Assembly: GCA_030141605.1 (NCBI GenBank)
Contig: JAQGDQ010000041.1
Coordinates: 372,001 to 436,000 of the forward strand
DNA from: Tubiluchus corallicola
Taxonomy: Eukaryota; Animalia; Priapulida
Length of the DNA stretch: 64,000 bases
Reading direction: 5' to 3'
The number at the start of each line of letters is the position of its first letter. Position 1 is the first letter of the stretch. A program made the translations under genes and the position numbers. Under the pieces are notes generated by a model. The model searched no databases and was not told where the DNA came from. It saw nothing but the letters and a program-made list of their open reading frames with translations. This document shows, in pieces, positions 1 to 15,448 of this stretch.

Positions 1-239
1 TACCCAATGACGACTGTTTTCAAATGGGCGGCAAGGATTCAAAACTTTATATTGTGTATATGTTCCTTAAAGCCTCCTGTGATTTACGCTGATCTGAAAT
101 TTTTAACAATACAACAAACTCGACTGATCTTGAGTTGACGCGAGAAGTTATTAGAATTTGCTGATTAGTAGATCATAAACCGCATGTAACGTCTGGAGCG
201 CCATTTCAATGTGACATATATATATATATATATATATAT

Positions 240-484
240 ATGTATTAATCCAACGCGATGCTTTTTTAAGTTGACAAATACCGATATTGTTTCTTTACGT
301 TTCGAATAATAACGTGTTTAATTAGTAACCTGAACGTAATTTGTATGCATCAACGGAACGCCTATATATATATATGCATACAAATTACGTTCAGGTTACT
401 AATTAAACACGTTATTATTCGAAACGTAAAGAAACAATATCGGTATTTGTCAACTTAAAAAAGCATCGCGTTGGATTAATACAT
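240..484. repeat. Perfect inverted repeat, 111-bp arms (240-350 / 374-484), 23-nt spacer, next to (TA)n tracts
   Basis: Base-by-base reverse complementarity of the arms. Confidence 0.95.
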
Positions 485-3400
485 CGACCCCATATTGAGC
501 TGATGAAGCCAGAAAACACAGTGATATATATGTTCCTATACTGTTTGTGTAGCACAGTACAGCAACATAGTTTGCATAATGCATCGTTTATGTGTTACTT
601 GACAACCCTTTCAAGGATTCTATAGTCTGGTTGTTACACTGTTAGTTTTGTTAATGTTTTGTGGCTTCAGTCGCGGCGTGACTCTAATAAGTAAACTCCC
701 GTTAAAACAAACTTTATGTGAAGCAACCGTTCTGTGAAAATTAATTCGAGTGTTCAACAGTTCATGCGTAGTTCAAAGTTAAGCATTTCCTGCAATGTTT
801 TATTGGACCTGAAAATCTTCTCGAAGGTTTTTGTTTTATTTAATCACAGAAAATTTCGTGTTATAACAGGACGCTATTAAAATAAATTCACTGTAATAAG
901 AAAAACAGAAAGTATACACAGTGAAGCTCAACATGCAACTGCACAGCTGAACGTTAAACTATAGTATAAAAAGCAAGGCTATAATTGTTTTTTCAATAAA
1001 ATATCAAAGCCCCCCAAAAAACGAAAAAAAACACGCTTTTCGGTGATTTCACTGATTTGGCAATACAATCCATTTAAAATTACTTAAACTAGTCGCTAAA
1101 TTCATCGACTGGAATAATGAGCTGGAATAATTTGCTGACCAATAATTCAAAAACGGCTGTTCTAGCTGTATGATGTACCAGGTAATTTGTCCTTTATACT
1201 GTCATGAACGTTCTGTTTCTTTTTCTACCATACGATTACACACAACGTTGCATTTAATAATTAAACATGTCAAACCAGGCAAATCCATAGCAGCAGAAAA
1301 TCAATAATTTGTTCCATTATGAATTTAATATTTTATTCTATATTGTACTAGTTAAACAAAGACTGAGCGAAAAATTAGAAAATTGATAGCATGAACAGGT
1401 GTGAAATACAATCTCGTGTACACTAGGCTTCACTAGTTAGAGTTGTGAAGGTCGATGGTAATAGAATTGCAGCTTGCAATTAAGCAGTGATAAAACGAGG
1501 AATTTATTCAGTGTTTGAACAGCGATGTGTACCCAAGATTTTAGAAGAATTACATGATCTATGAGACACCAGACCCAATAAAAAGTACGGAATGTTTCGA
1601 TTTGCTTATTTTATCTCGTTAGAAGATAAGAAACTTCATAAACCTGGTTTCATCTAGAACCACCCTATAGGCTCCGAACGGAGTTTAATTTACAAGTAAT
1701 ATTAATGAGTACGCTCCAAGGATATGCAATTTCTAATAATCTTTTAACTATATTTGAAGCCTAACTCTGATTTTTAACTATAAGGGTGGCGTATCAGTGA
1801 CACACACATGTCTTATAAACAAACAAATTTACGGGTCACGAGGCAAAAAACTGGCTGTAAGCGTAAGCCAAAGTAACCCATCCAGGCAAATAAAACTGAC
1901 AAAACTGGAATGAAGAAACTTTCCAAGAAAAAAAATCAACATTCCAAAATAACATAATTACATAGTGACACTAAGAACGCGCTAAACGGTGACACAAGAT
2001 GTCGCCTGCGTAACCGCCATGTAATATTGTTACTTGAAAGGTGTAATTACAACTATTTAGCAGTGAGTTCCGAGACATCAGCAGACAGACGTATAAAATG
2101 TCAGAGCACAAGATTTATGACATGGAGCGAAAACTGTGTTTAATGTGCGAGCATTATTTGTTATTGGTGGGCTACACAGCAAGCGCACTGTAGCTTTGCT
2201 TACTGTGGGTGTTGTACACAAGCAACATGTACGCCGAAATCCATTTTTAAGATTTTATTATTTTCAACATACTGTTAATAGACTAGTTAATACGGAACGA
2301 ATACAGCCTGTAATGGCGGCAAATGACATTGTTAACAGCTTGTTTTTACAACCGGCAACTGCAAAAAGTGTCGTCACAGTAATTTCACTTTTAAGAAAGC
2401 TTCATCCACAAGACCAATGCAGACAACACTGACGTGTTGCATTATAATACACACCCTTTCAAATTAGAGTAAGCTATATTTTTCATGTTCTCTGCATGAA
2501 TTTTCATGTTATTCTGAGATGTTTTAATGAATTACAAGTACAAACAGAATAATTACAAAAAGCATCTATTTTCTTAGCGTACTAGTAGAAATTAATTCCG
2601 TGATATATACATCGTTAAGCGAGCGCCTGACAGCGTCTTTATGGTCTAAAATTGTTATTAATCATAATGATTCTCATTCGTGTATCCCGTTTAAAACCAG
2701 AAATGTCATTTCACAAGATTATGTTTTGTGAAGTAACGAATAAAGTAAAGGCGTAATTGTTTCAAAACGTCAATCAAACACGCATAATTATGATTCAAGA
2801 ATGACATTTCTTTAAAAAAGTAATACACTTGCACTATTAATGAGGCTAGGATAGAAGTAACTCAGAACTGACGTTTATTTCTCGGGAAATTTCAAATTTG
2901 CTACACGAATAACACTGTTATTATATTAGCAATGTTAGCAATGTTAGATACCCTTTATCAAAATTAGCAAACTGCGGTTTCTAAAAGAAACTCTTTTTCT
3001 AAAAGTCATCCTTTTCTTATGCGTAAGATTAGCTGCTTACAAACTAACTAAAAATGTATAGCCGCTTTAAAGGTATGTAATAATGTGTCATAATAACGAA
3101 GATCTGGATTCTAGCTCGTGTTAAGAGCAAAGCTTTTTATGCTTCCAAATTATTTAGTTTACATGCGAGCATAAAATATAAATTAATGCGTATTTATGTA
3201 TTAAACTACATTAATATAAAAGACCAACACAAAAGATATAAATTGACAAATCAAGATGATTTTGTTGTGGAACTTATTACTCAAATTGGCTCTTAGTCAT
3301 TTCAATTATGCAAACACAAATGATTGCCATCTACACGTCGGCAAATTTTAAAGAGAGTACATATATTTTCACAGTGAAAGTATTGAAATGCACACTGTAC

Positions 3401-4831
3401 CAACTTACATTCCAAGCATTCCTGTTAACTCATTGTCACAAAATTCCTATGCAAACTACTAGTACAGATCATACTTTCAAATCCTGTTTCAAAAAACACA
3501 AAGGAGCATAGTCTGAACATCAAAGTCCACTATGTATTGACAGTTCTTCTTAAATTCCCTACAACAGCATGCCTGTTGCCTTCAAAGCATTTTAATGGGT
3601 TCTTGCTGTGTGTACAGTATTTGCATAAGATCTCCCCTAAAAGCAACTCTAGCCAAGAAGTGTCATGCCCAAGTACGGTTAAATCCACTAGATGTTGTTT
3701 ACCTGGGAGGCACTTGAGTTTTGTATTGGGTTACAGGGATATAGGTGGTATTGAAGCATTTCAAATAGGCAGGTGATAGCGTATCCCTAACGCTCCTTTA
3801 TTACAGTAATCTTAGGTAAAGTGTTGAAAGTTTAGAAACACTACTTTCTCTGTTTCATTCTAAAATTTAGTGAAGTTTTATATCCAGATTTAATCATCTA
3901 TTTAACTCTATTATCACTGTATATGTTCTTATTTTGACTCGGTCTGTTGTCTTCACACACTTGAATATCTTGTAGAGTCCGCGTGCAGTGCTCCAGACTT
4001 TTTTGAGGACGAAGTTTGCAAAGTTTCGAAGCTGGCACAAACCGAAATGTATGACATCATAGTGCAAATACGTTTGTTTGCTACTTTGACCTAAAAGGCT
4101 AAAATGCCAGATTCTTTAAATTTCATTCATTTTACCGCACCACCCACACACCTGCAACAGTGCTGATAAACTTATAGGGTGACAAAAGTTTTCATCGATA
4201 AGATTCATGTTGTTAATCATTTGCAGAAAGGCAAAATACAAACAGCCTTTGAGCCATGCTAGCACAGAAAGTACTATAATATTGCACAAATTTGCTATAA
4301 AAGTGTAATTTAAAGAACAAATTACGTAAATCTGTCGTAAAATATATGTACATAGTGTCTACGCGTGACTTACAGAAACAGTTGTACGCCAATATACAAA
4401 CAATAAAGCTGTAATTAGAAAATAAACAACAACGTAAGTAATTCAGACTGACAATATAATTGCAACATCTATTACACAGGGGTAGAATTAACATCTTGAG
4501 GGGTTTCCTAAACTGCTTGCCACCGGAATATGGACAAGAAGCGATTCAGTATTGCATTAATAAGCTGACAAATGTCATGCTATTTGGAAACAGCAACACC
4601 TGGTAGAACTTGCAGACAGGTGAAGAAAATAATATTTTTAGTCTGAAAATGCTTAGGTTTAGCAGAAAAATTAACTTCTAAACAGTTACTTCGCGGACAG
4701 AACCGTGACTTACTGGCCTAGTCAGCTTGACTAAAGTGGAAAAGGTAAAACTTAATCAAACAGTAGAAGGTAATACATAAGAACTAGAATGAATAGAATA
4801 GCAGAGATGACACGAGACGAGATGAGATGAC

Positions 4832-5062
<231 letters not shown>

Positions 5063-6808
5063 GTGGGTGGCAAGATGAAAGAGAGACTAAGTGAATCGGT
5101 TTAGAGCCAAGAAGAATGACAACGTGTGTCTATTGTTTTGTGAAATCTCTGCAATGCACAATGGAAAACAATACCCCCATCTGTTAATTATTCCTATTCC
5201 GTGGTTTATCCAGTCGACTGTTCTTAAACGGATTACACGCTAATAAACACTTACGTAAAGGGTTAACCAGGAAGGATTGTATTCGATATCTTCATTTTTG
5301 GACATTGTTTGTAGCAGTACCTAAGCCCATCTGTTAACCTAACCTATAGTAATGGAATTTACATGTACGTTATCCCAACTCTAAGTGCGCTGCCTTTCAC
5401 AATCATGTCCAAATGCCGCATAAGTGCGGCAATAGAAACCGTGTTCCGTTTCAAATCGGCCCCGCGAGTGGATTTTGTTTGTCTGACCACTGGCTATTAA
5501 CAAGCAGGTGCCGGGCTGACCTCCTCAACAGATAATGTATGCAAACTGATTCTTATATATTATCATCCAATAAGAGAATGATAAATAGCGGACAGCTGCA
5601 AATACGAATATAGCTTTAGGATTTTTATACTCTAACTTATACAGTAAAACTTGAACTGTCACAGTATAGAGTCACAAACGCCAGAGTCTTACACAAATCT
5701 CTCGAAAAAAATGATTATTACGAAGTTCTTTATCACTTACGCATTTTCAATAATGTTGTAGAGCTGGGATATTAATATAAAACACAATATAAACCTTTCA
5801 CCGAGCACTACAGACACACATCTTGCCAAGGCTAATATGGTAAACCTGAGAAAACTAGATGCCATTAGTAGGAAAGAGGTGGTTTACATGTATCCTAAAA
5901 CCGAGAGACGGGTAAAAGAAATGAATCGTAAACTAATGGGTCCTTTGATCTTAATGATTATTAGGGCCTCAATAATAATAAATTTCTCTCGTATAGCTTG
6001 CTGTTAACTTTGACAGAAACGTTAGAATTTTTCCCACTCTGCTGCATTAGTATGGCCAACTTATTTATTTGCACTGTCCACCGAAATGTTTTTGCAATCC
6101 ACCAGTAAAAAATGCGAAGAATTATGCGTCCGCGACAAGTCAGTGAAACGTAAATGATTTTTACTGCTATGAATCAATCAATATGCAGAATTTCTTCTTA
6201 TGCAAACTACATCGAGTCATGACCAATGCCATCTACTCAATTACATGACTTTTCGCTTATAAGTAGATATCACATTTATTTTCATGGTTCATAGAATTTA
6301 TGGCTTGTATTAATAGATTTCTGTTTCCAAGGAATACCAATAACGAGATATTTGCATGATGCTGCCTTTGCGAAATTAGATAAAGGTTTGCCTGATTGCT
6401 AAGACGCATGTAATGAGAATCTTGTCCATGAAGTGAGCACTTGTTAATTTGTTTTATTGTGTAATGGATTCGTTTTATCAAAACATTTAAGTTAATCTTT
6501 GTTTAACTATATGTATAAAGAATTCGAGTTTGTTATTTCTTTAAATTTCATTTAATTTGATAATTTCAATGAAATAATTTGATAACCAAATTTTAATTTG
6601 ATAATTTATTTACTATTTTACGATTAATTAGTTTGTATGTTCTGTCCATTTTGTTCGTTTATTTGTCTACGCATTTTTATTTTTCTTCCATCTTTTTTTG
6701 CCTTTTGCATCTTTGTTCTTGTCTTTTTCACTTTTTCAACCTATCTTCCTTTTACTCCGTTCTTGCTATTTGGTTTGACTTATGCTCCTGAGCCCCCCCT
6801 CTCTCTCC

Positions 6809-7010
<202 letters not shown>

Positions 7011-10000
7011 CATTATGTTGCCACTTCCTCATTTTTTCATTTTCTCTTTCTGTTTTTCCCCTATTTTCTATCTGCCCATTACAATTCACCACTCAAACCT
7101 AAAGTTTAAGATATTATTTTCAAACCTAAAGTTTAAGATATTATTTTCAGTCTTTTTCTTGTATTCCCTGTGCTCCATAACTGGGTCACAGAGACAGTCT
7201 CGCCTGCGATTAGCTTTTCTAAGGCCATCATTCTGAAGGCACAACGTTTGCGCTTTTGAGATGAAACGTTAATGGAAAGTGTTAAACATGAAATGATCGC
7301 CATTGTGTTCACACCATAAAACAATAACCAGGGGAACCTCTTGCATCGTCAAACTGTGTCACTTACACGATTAAGCGTAAAGTGTACAACTAACCAACAT
7401 TTGGCATATGGTAATTCCACTGCAAAATAGCCATAAAAACATGCGATGCGTGCATCAAATTAGTTATAACGTTATGCCTAGCGGAGTACATGAACATATG
7501 TTATATAGAGTAATGTGTTCATATAAGGCCATGAACTTGTATATTACTGCGAGATGCAAACTATGAAATAATTTGACAGGTGTCAGGATGAGGCTAATTA
7601 GAAAATTGCACCTTAGGCTGAATTCTTGGTTAATGACAGGTATAACAGATGCTGAAAGCACCGTATTACTGAACAAGGTACCGTTACGGTGTTATTATCT
7701 AGTAATTAAAAGTAGTCAAAAGTAGGGGATACCTATTCAACACTGGAGGGCGAAATAGCGTGCTCAATTTCAGGTGAATATGCTTTGCACTGATCCAAAT
7801 TACAATTGATTTATGAATCTGGAAGTTATAATGAGCTGAGTAAGGAGTTAAGTGGTTTTAATGTCTTGAGTAAATAAAATTTAATTGAATGAAAAATTCT
7901 ATTTTTTTGCTGGACGCGACAAATTGATATCCTAAATTATGGCTCACATTACATTCAGAGAAATCTTTTCTAATTTACTTTATTTTGTCCAGGTGTGGGC
8001 GTTTATCTTACTTGTCATCATCACTGTTACATTTTTGTTGCCACAAGTCGTATTTTTGCATGTATTCATAGTCTTTGCTATCGCCGCTTTATTGCATCCA
8101 TATATCAAACATTTGTTCGTCTGTGCCATTTCTTTAAAGTATCTGTATTTTATATTTTATGCACTACCTCATGACATATGTTTATTATGTTATTACAATC
8201 TCCGATGGTTTCACGTCGTAAAGTCTTTTTATCACTTTAACCATAGAACGTTTTTGGCAACTGCTGTCGTCACATGTCTGTTCTTCTTTACTACACACTA
8301 ATAAAACAGATTTATTCAGCCTTCGTACCTAATCCTAATCTAACACGGAAAATCCCATTTTCACATTAGAACTGGTTGATTAATTGGGGAGAGTTGAGCG
8401 GAAGAGAAGGTACTGATTCATGCAGATTTCTCTTAACTGGCTTCATCAAGATTGCTCCTGCTCCAGTGCTTACAATTAGTGGTGTGACAGCACAATTATC
8501 CTTGTTTTTACGTTTGTCATTCCAGTTACACGTCTCAATGATATTTAGCTTGCTTAGGTTATCACCATGACTTCCTTCACGCACAAATTAGTTCAATCTT
8601 TTCGGTATAGTCAAAGGTGAAAGAAAGAAGTGCAACGAACATTCTGATTAACCGATTAAACATTATTACAAACTGTCTGGTCATTATAATTCCTTATTAG
8701 TATTAATAAATGACGTTAAATGACGTTAAATAATTAGTATTATTAAATGTAATAAATTATTTTTACAAAACCAAACAAATCTTTAGTTAGCGCGTTATTA
8801 GCGGTGTCATTTTAATTTATGCAAAATTTTAGCTAAAATATTCTTACAAATATCGTTTACTTTCATTGGTTATTTTTCATCAGCTACCAACTAACCGTTC
8901 GAAACGACAGGTCAGACACTGTTACGCCCCCTACTTTGAAATTTTAAGTTTAATATTATACTACGTGGACTACACACAGTTTCACGTCTTTTTATTTATT
9001 TTATAAATCAGAAACTTATACATTGTTTGCTTTATAATGATTACACTTTTGAAAGAGCATTAGTTGAGTTCCTGCGCTAGTTTCGAGTAGCGTGTCTAAG
9101 TGTGTTTACTAGTAACATCCATAGGTTAATTAACAATTATATGACACAGCAGTAATAATACACTACGTTTGTCAAGAGTTGCACATCTCTTCTCAACGCT
9201 CTCGTTAGTGCACACGAATGTTCTTTTCAGGAGAGAAACCGAAACGTCTTTTCAAAGGAGACCCAACTAACCTTGCCATATGCCAAGACTGATTAGTGGA
9301 GTACTTAACACCATTAATGAAACTATAAAAACGTTTCTTGGCCTTTACTAATCGCTGCTAGCGAGAACTTTGACTATAGATTCGTTTCACTCCAGTATTA
9401 CACACTCTTCTAGACAGGAGAGCCTATATGCATAGAAGCAATCATGTTATGCTGCACTTGACATACTTTCTCTATTTTTCTTGTCAGCGTCCAATCAGTT
9501 GCATAATTAATCTGCTTAAGCCAAAATGTCATTGAAGGATTTGCTCGTATGACGTCACACGCCAGTAAATGTTGTCTTTTGATTTTACTTCCGACATTAA
9601 ATCAAATTAATTTCAATGAAATATAGAAGCTTTATTAATGTATGTATTCTACTTCTATTAACAGTCCGAGCTGTAACATAATTAAATAAAATAAAATAAA
9701 ACATAATAATATCGTAATATTTTTGAAATGGTCAGCTTCGCTATTTCATAAAATCTCCGATTTCAAATAAGTTGCTTAGTCCGCTACTTCGACTTCTAAC
9801 GAAATGTAATCGGGACGCCCAGTAAGGTAATTTTAGTTTCTCTACGTTCATTCGTTCAGTGGACGCTGAACAGGCTTATCGATCTTTCCCGAGGCGACTT
9901 TAAAAGAATAAATTTGTAACTTGACTGGCAGGGTTTTTCCTCCCCAGTGCACACGAGTTTACGACACAGGTAATTCTGCACCTGTCAAAGTTTATACTAG

Positions 10001-13000
10001 CCATTGTTGCAAAACTGAAAGCAAATTCGCAAACATAAAGTTCTTCTTGTCGCATAAGCTTGGTAAAAAGACCTGCCAGGCGCCCCGCGCGCAGGATCAC
10101 AACAAAAGTGTAATTATAAGTACAAACTATTTCATTCTGATAGCAAATAACATAGCTTGAAGAAACTGAAGTGAAAAAAGGAAGCTATCGCCAGCCACAA
10201 ATGAGGAAAGGAAAGGATGTACAGGAGAGAAAGAACAGGACTAAAAATAATGACCACTTTATGTGTTACAAAAACCACATACTATACGGCAATGCAGCTT
10301 CCTATACTACTATGGTCTGTTGATTTCGTTAATGATATAACATTATGCCTTGAAACAAGTTTTAAGCAAATATGTATGTAGCCTCTCTAATGTAGGCATA
10401 TAAGCATGCAGTCGTTGCAGTATTAGAGAAACAGTCTATGAACGTGCTCGACGCATAATGTGCCAACATTCTTGCTATAACGAATAAATTTGTATAACGA
10501 ATGATTCGTCAGCTATTGAGTGAGATGCCAGCTACGCTACTTACAAAAAACAAAAAGGCAACATGATGGCATTCATTTACTAAACAAACACCATCACATT
10601 TCTCTAGGTTACTGTGCCCAATTACCGGAACTTGAATTACCCGACATGAGTAAACGTTTCAATTCGTGACCCAATCAATCGATAAACGCGATTTCATCAT
10701 TTCAGTTCGACACGCAGTCATTTCTTAATGAAAATGTTATCTCAAGCAACACCAAATCTCTCTTTTTTACGGGAACTTCAGTGGCCACAGGTGCAGAAAA
10801 GCCGATTTGTTAAGTCTTTTATTGAGCCAATTATATAAAGCTGGTCAAAAGCGTTGAAGCAGTAAGCAAAGATCTGTTATTCTCGTACTAACTTTGCACC
10901 ACAAACCCATAATCTGGAAGTCGCTTTTTTTCCAGTGCAAGAACCTATATGACTGCCTTTCTTATATCTCCCGCTGTGTTAAATTACATCTCAGTTTAAA
11001 AGTAGTCAAAACTGCGAACAAATAACCACTTGTTAGCCGAGATTCAGTGAACAACGTAAATACAATTTTGCAAGAAAACTCAGAAAAATGCATGTCGTTA
11101 ATTTTTTGCCAATTTTCTGGCAACATTTGTGAGCAAATCGCACACAGCATTGTAATTCGCGCGACAGTTGAAATGCCATCTCACATTAAACCCTTAATGG
11201 CGATGATGACAAAACGTGAATTCCCTATCTCTAGAGAGACTCGTTTTATTATGAACGCGTTTGTTACAATTGTCAATTGTAGCATTTCATGAATGAGAGT
11301 GCTCATCCAAAAGCAAGTACACAAAATGTTTTATTTATGCATCTGATAAATTAACACTGCAACTATTGTATAACCCGATGCAATTCATTTTATACACGCG
11401 TATCTAGGGGTTACACATTTAAGTAGAGAACTATGCTAAATGTATATGAATTTTATGAGTTTCGGTGTATACACCAAAGAAACCCATTAAAAGTCAAGGA
11501 AAAACGATTTAAATATTGATTTGCTTGTCATGGGACTTTGAATGATGGCTTTACGAGCACTGGCTACATACAGAGAAATGCAGCAAACATATTTTTATAT
11601 CAGTCAAGAGGCTAATAAAAATAGCATTAAGATGGCAAACTGTAATATAACCTAATGGGTACACATAGAATAATATTCTTCGAAATAAGTATAAGTATAC
11701 TTATCGCAATGAGCTTGTAGTAGCATGATATTACGTATTTTATGTTCTTGCTATAACTTCAGATTGTAAATTAAATTTAAATGAAATTATGCCGTGACTC
11801 TGTAAAAAACATACTTTTATAGGCTAAGTCGTGACCCCAGGTCACGAGGTCAAGGTCGTTTTTAAGACTTTTGAACCATAAGGTAAGTTTTACAAAATTC
11901 TGCATAATTTAGCACCATAGAACTAGTGTACTGATTTCGTGTAGTTAACCAAAGACCATTAACAGTCAAAATGAAGATTGCACAAAATTTAAGAAAGTCC
12001 TGCATATCAAAGACCTAATTTTCATGACCAGTTAATGACCGGTGAAGAAAGACACACTTAGAAGGTTATAATGTGTCAAAGAACATCCTAGTTCACGGTC
12101 ATCCGTTTGTAAAACGCACTATATTATTATTATTTATTATTATTATATTGAAATGCACTACCTTTGTTACTCTATGGTACACATCACTGCTGCTGTCAAA
12201 TAAGCAGAACTATCAGGAGAGGGTTCAGATTGCAGTTCATATCGAGCTCAGTGGGCACCAAAACTGTTATCACCTTAAGGCCAACACAAGCAGGGCAGAG
12301 AAAAGGCTAGGTGTTGCAGTAAATTTAGCGCATGCGTATTTCATCAATCAAGACATTTAAATGTAGTTACAGCGAACTTATTTCTACATACACGAATTTT
12401 CTCCCTTTTCAAAAAAATTGTTAAGATTTCTGTTTTCCTTTACAATTTACCTCAATACACGTCTACAAGGGTTCTTGTAAAGCTGGCTATTTGTATAGTT
12501 TTCTCTAAAAGAGACAGGCGCACAGAAAAAGCAGGAAGTTAGAACTTTTCAACACGTCCTCTTTCACTGAAGCAACTCTAATCAATTTAGTATTTAGCTT
12601 TTTGAAAAACCCGGCAGGGTGTATAAGTACATACTTACTAATTGGACAGGTAAACACATATAAGGCTACCTAGTGGGTTAGCTAATGGCATTTCGTTATA
12701 AACAGCCATTTCCCGCAAAGGTTAATTATATCAACACAAATATATATCTCACAGAAACATTGAAAAACTAAAAAAAGACGCAGCAGTGCAAGTAATGGTG
12801 CAAACGCACACATATCCGGAACGTTGCATCCATGGAAGCAGAAGGTGACCACAAACAGGTAAAAGGTGAGTTAGAATCAGCACTGAAATTACCAGGATGA
12901 TAATAATCATTCCACAATTTAATATTCAACATTTACAATTAATCCAATTCTGAAATAACAGACAAAGCGTGACATTTTTCCTTTCTCTTGTATGAAGACA

Positions 13001-14360
13001 AAGGTTTGCTTAAAAGACAAGAAAAGGGGTACCTGAAGTAGGTCTCAAAAAATCGCTTTAAAAATTATATTACTTTACAGATTTTTTTGTATATTTCGTA
13101 CTCATGTTAAAATGATTTTTTGTTTATTTTCATTTTAAATCTCCCGCAATACTGTTCCGAAGTCGCCATTACATGACGTTACCTACGCAAATGTAAATCA
13201 GGGGAAGAAGAGGAAATGTTACATTATGTCACAAAAAAACTGTCTATGCAAACTTATGTTACTTAGCATTTCGCTTACCTGTTTGAAAGACGTATGTACC
13301 TAGAGAAGAAAATTATTAATTATTTAAAATGCTTTTATCAATTGGTAAAATGATGTTGACTCACCTCCAGAGTGCACCACTCAGCAGCCAAAAAACGTAT
13401 TTCTAATCTTTTTGACGAGATACAGTAATTTAAAATTTTACTTTGTGACTTATGACTCCGAATGCTCTGATTATTTCAAATTTTACTCAGCGTTATCTAA
13501 ATTTATCTAAACAAATGAATTATCGTCAAAATGACTGCGCCTAACGGTCATCGCGGGAGTTTAAATTTATAGGTTTTATACAGCGCTATTGCCGATGCAA
13601 GCCCTGTATGCAAAAAGGCAGTATGTAAGTGGTACAAAATTTCAAAACGAATTTTTTCAGCTTTATGTAAGTGCGGGGTTTTCTTGTGCTTTAAGCTGAT
13701 TTTTAGTTAAAATTTGTATAATCAACTATGAAACTCAACAAATGCTTTCTTAGAAAGTTGGAAATGTGGGAGATGTGACAGTTACTGTAACGGTCATATT
13801 AAATGCTACAGCTTTCAATCATTACGCAACCTGGAAATAGCTAAGTCATCTTAATAATCACCATGTTCAGTGTGGATAAGCCTCGAGATTGTCGACTAGA
13901 AAATTACCTTAAAATACAATTGGAGTAATATGTTGCAGAAAAAGCAGACATTGATTTTGACCCATTACGCTTGACAGCCATTCAATAGAAAATCAGGAAT
14001 TCGCCTCATTAGTGAGAAAATTTTTCACTAGCTGCAACACCATCCATCCATTATCTAGACTGCTTTGCTTCTTCACTGCCTCCAATGTAACAGAATTCAA
14101 TACACGTGATTGGCACAGTTCACTGACTAAAGTCTATGTAGGGAGGCAGGTAACTGGTGCGAGTTACTTAGTTATGATAAAATCGATGCCGCTGACAAAA
14201 GAGATTCTATTTCCCCGTCTGCAGCCATAGAAACTTTATACCAGAACAAGACAAAGGTTTTGAAACAATCACAGATACAACAGACTGAGAACGAGAAAAA
14301 TTTATATTTTTTACGTATAAACAAAAAAATTGTTGTTGCTGTTGCTATAAATGTGTCGTC

Positions 14361-14535
14361 TAAGCCAGGTAAAAAAGCCACAGGTAAAAATTCACAGAAA
14401 AAAGTCACAGGAAAAGTTACAGGAAAAAAACAAGTAACCTTAACACTAACCTTAACCTTCAATCCCTAACCCTAGCCAAAATTAATCGTGAGTCTTTTCG
14501 GCGACTCTTTTCCTGTGTCTTTATTAGCGGTCACC
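14361..14535 (-). repeat. Foldback repeat family copy 1 (AAAAGTCACAGG modules around a TAACCC-like core)
   Basis: Homologous to 15278-15448 and 16611-16798 in the opposite orientation. Confidence 0.75.
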
Positions 14536-15277
14536 ATTTTGTTGCAGTTGATGTTGGTTACTGCTGCTGCTGCTGTTAATAATATTAACAACACACCTCG
14601 CAAAATCAATTACAGTACTTTGTTTTTCGTGAACCAAATTAAAATGGCGTGTAGAATACAAGTGACTCTGTAACAGTCTAGCACTACATAGCATCCACGT
14701 AGTCATATCAATAAACGTTTGAAATTATTAAAATTTTACCCAGCCTAGCCAAGAAGCAATAACAAAATTAACATTCTATTAGGAAATCCAGTATTCTTCG
14801 AAGAAATCGTATAAGATCTCATATTAGCAGAATTATAATAACGTCGGAATAGCTGTTGGACTAATACCACGTACATGGTTGCGCCCTCCGCTACACTGTA
14901 CATGTATGAAAATTTCTATTGTACGTCCAACGGCGTGTTATGAAACGGACAGAAATTTGCACAGTTGTTAAGATTTGTTTTAAAACGTTTTAGAACAAGT
15001 GGGTGTCAAGATGTTGTAGTTATGGCGAGTAACTTACTAGTCTGGAATATGAAGCACAGGGTTACACTCTTATTTAGTGTTTTCTGTCAAAAATATGTCG
15101 TTCAAAACACAATTTACTGTTGCCATGGATCCGTTTTTACATTTCTTTTATGCTATTTCAATGCTAGTTCAAAATAAAAAAAATGGATCAAATCAAATCA
15201 AATCAATTCTGTCGTTCCAACCGTTGTCTATTTAGCTTCGTGCTACGGAATTTATTATTAAACTACATGTATTAAAA

Positions 15278-15448
15278 CGGTGTCCGATAATAAAGTCCCA
15301 ATAACAAAGTCAAGGAAAAAATATCCCAATTGATTTTGGCTAGGGTTAGAGTTATGGTTAGGCTAGGGCTATTTCTTTTTTCCGGTGCCTTTTTTCCCGT
15401 GACTTTCTTACCTGTGATTTTTTAACTGTGACTTTATTACTTGGATTC
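15278..15448 (+). repeat. Foldback repeat family copy 2
   Basis: cggtgtccgataataaagtc..ttttggctagggttag..ctgtgacttt..ggattc. Confidence 0.75.

Noticed and set aside
497-520. Complete hammerhead ribozyme at CTGATGA..GAAA
   Set aside because: I could not build stems II and III or a cleavage triplet; only a half-motif is present.
7094-7149. 27-bp tandem duplication
   Set aside because: Simple slippage duplication with no functional indication.
9490-9557. CCAAT plus CRE (TGACGTCA) as a promoter
   Set aside because: Short motifs expected by chance or inside a TE; no associated exon identified.
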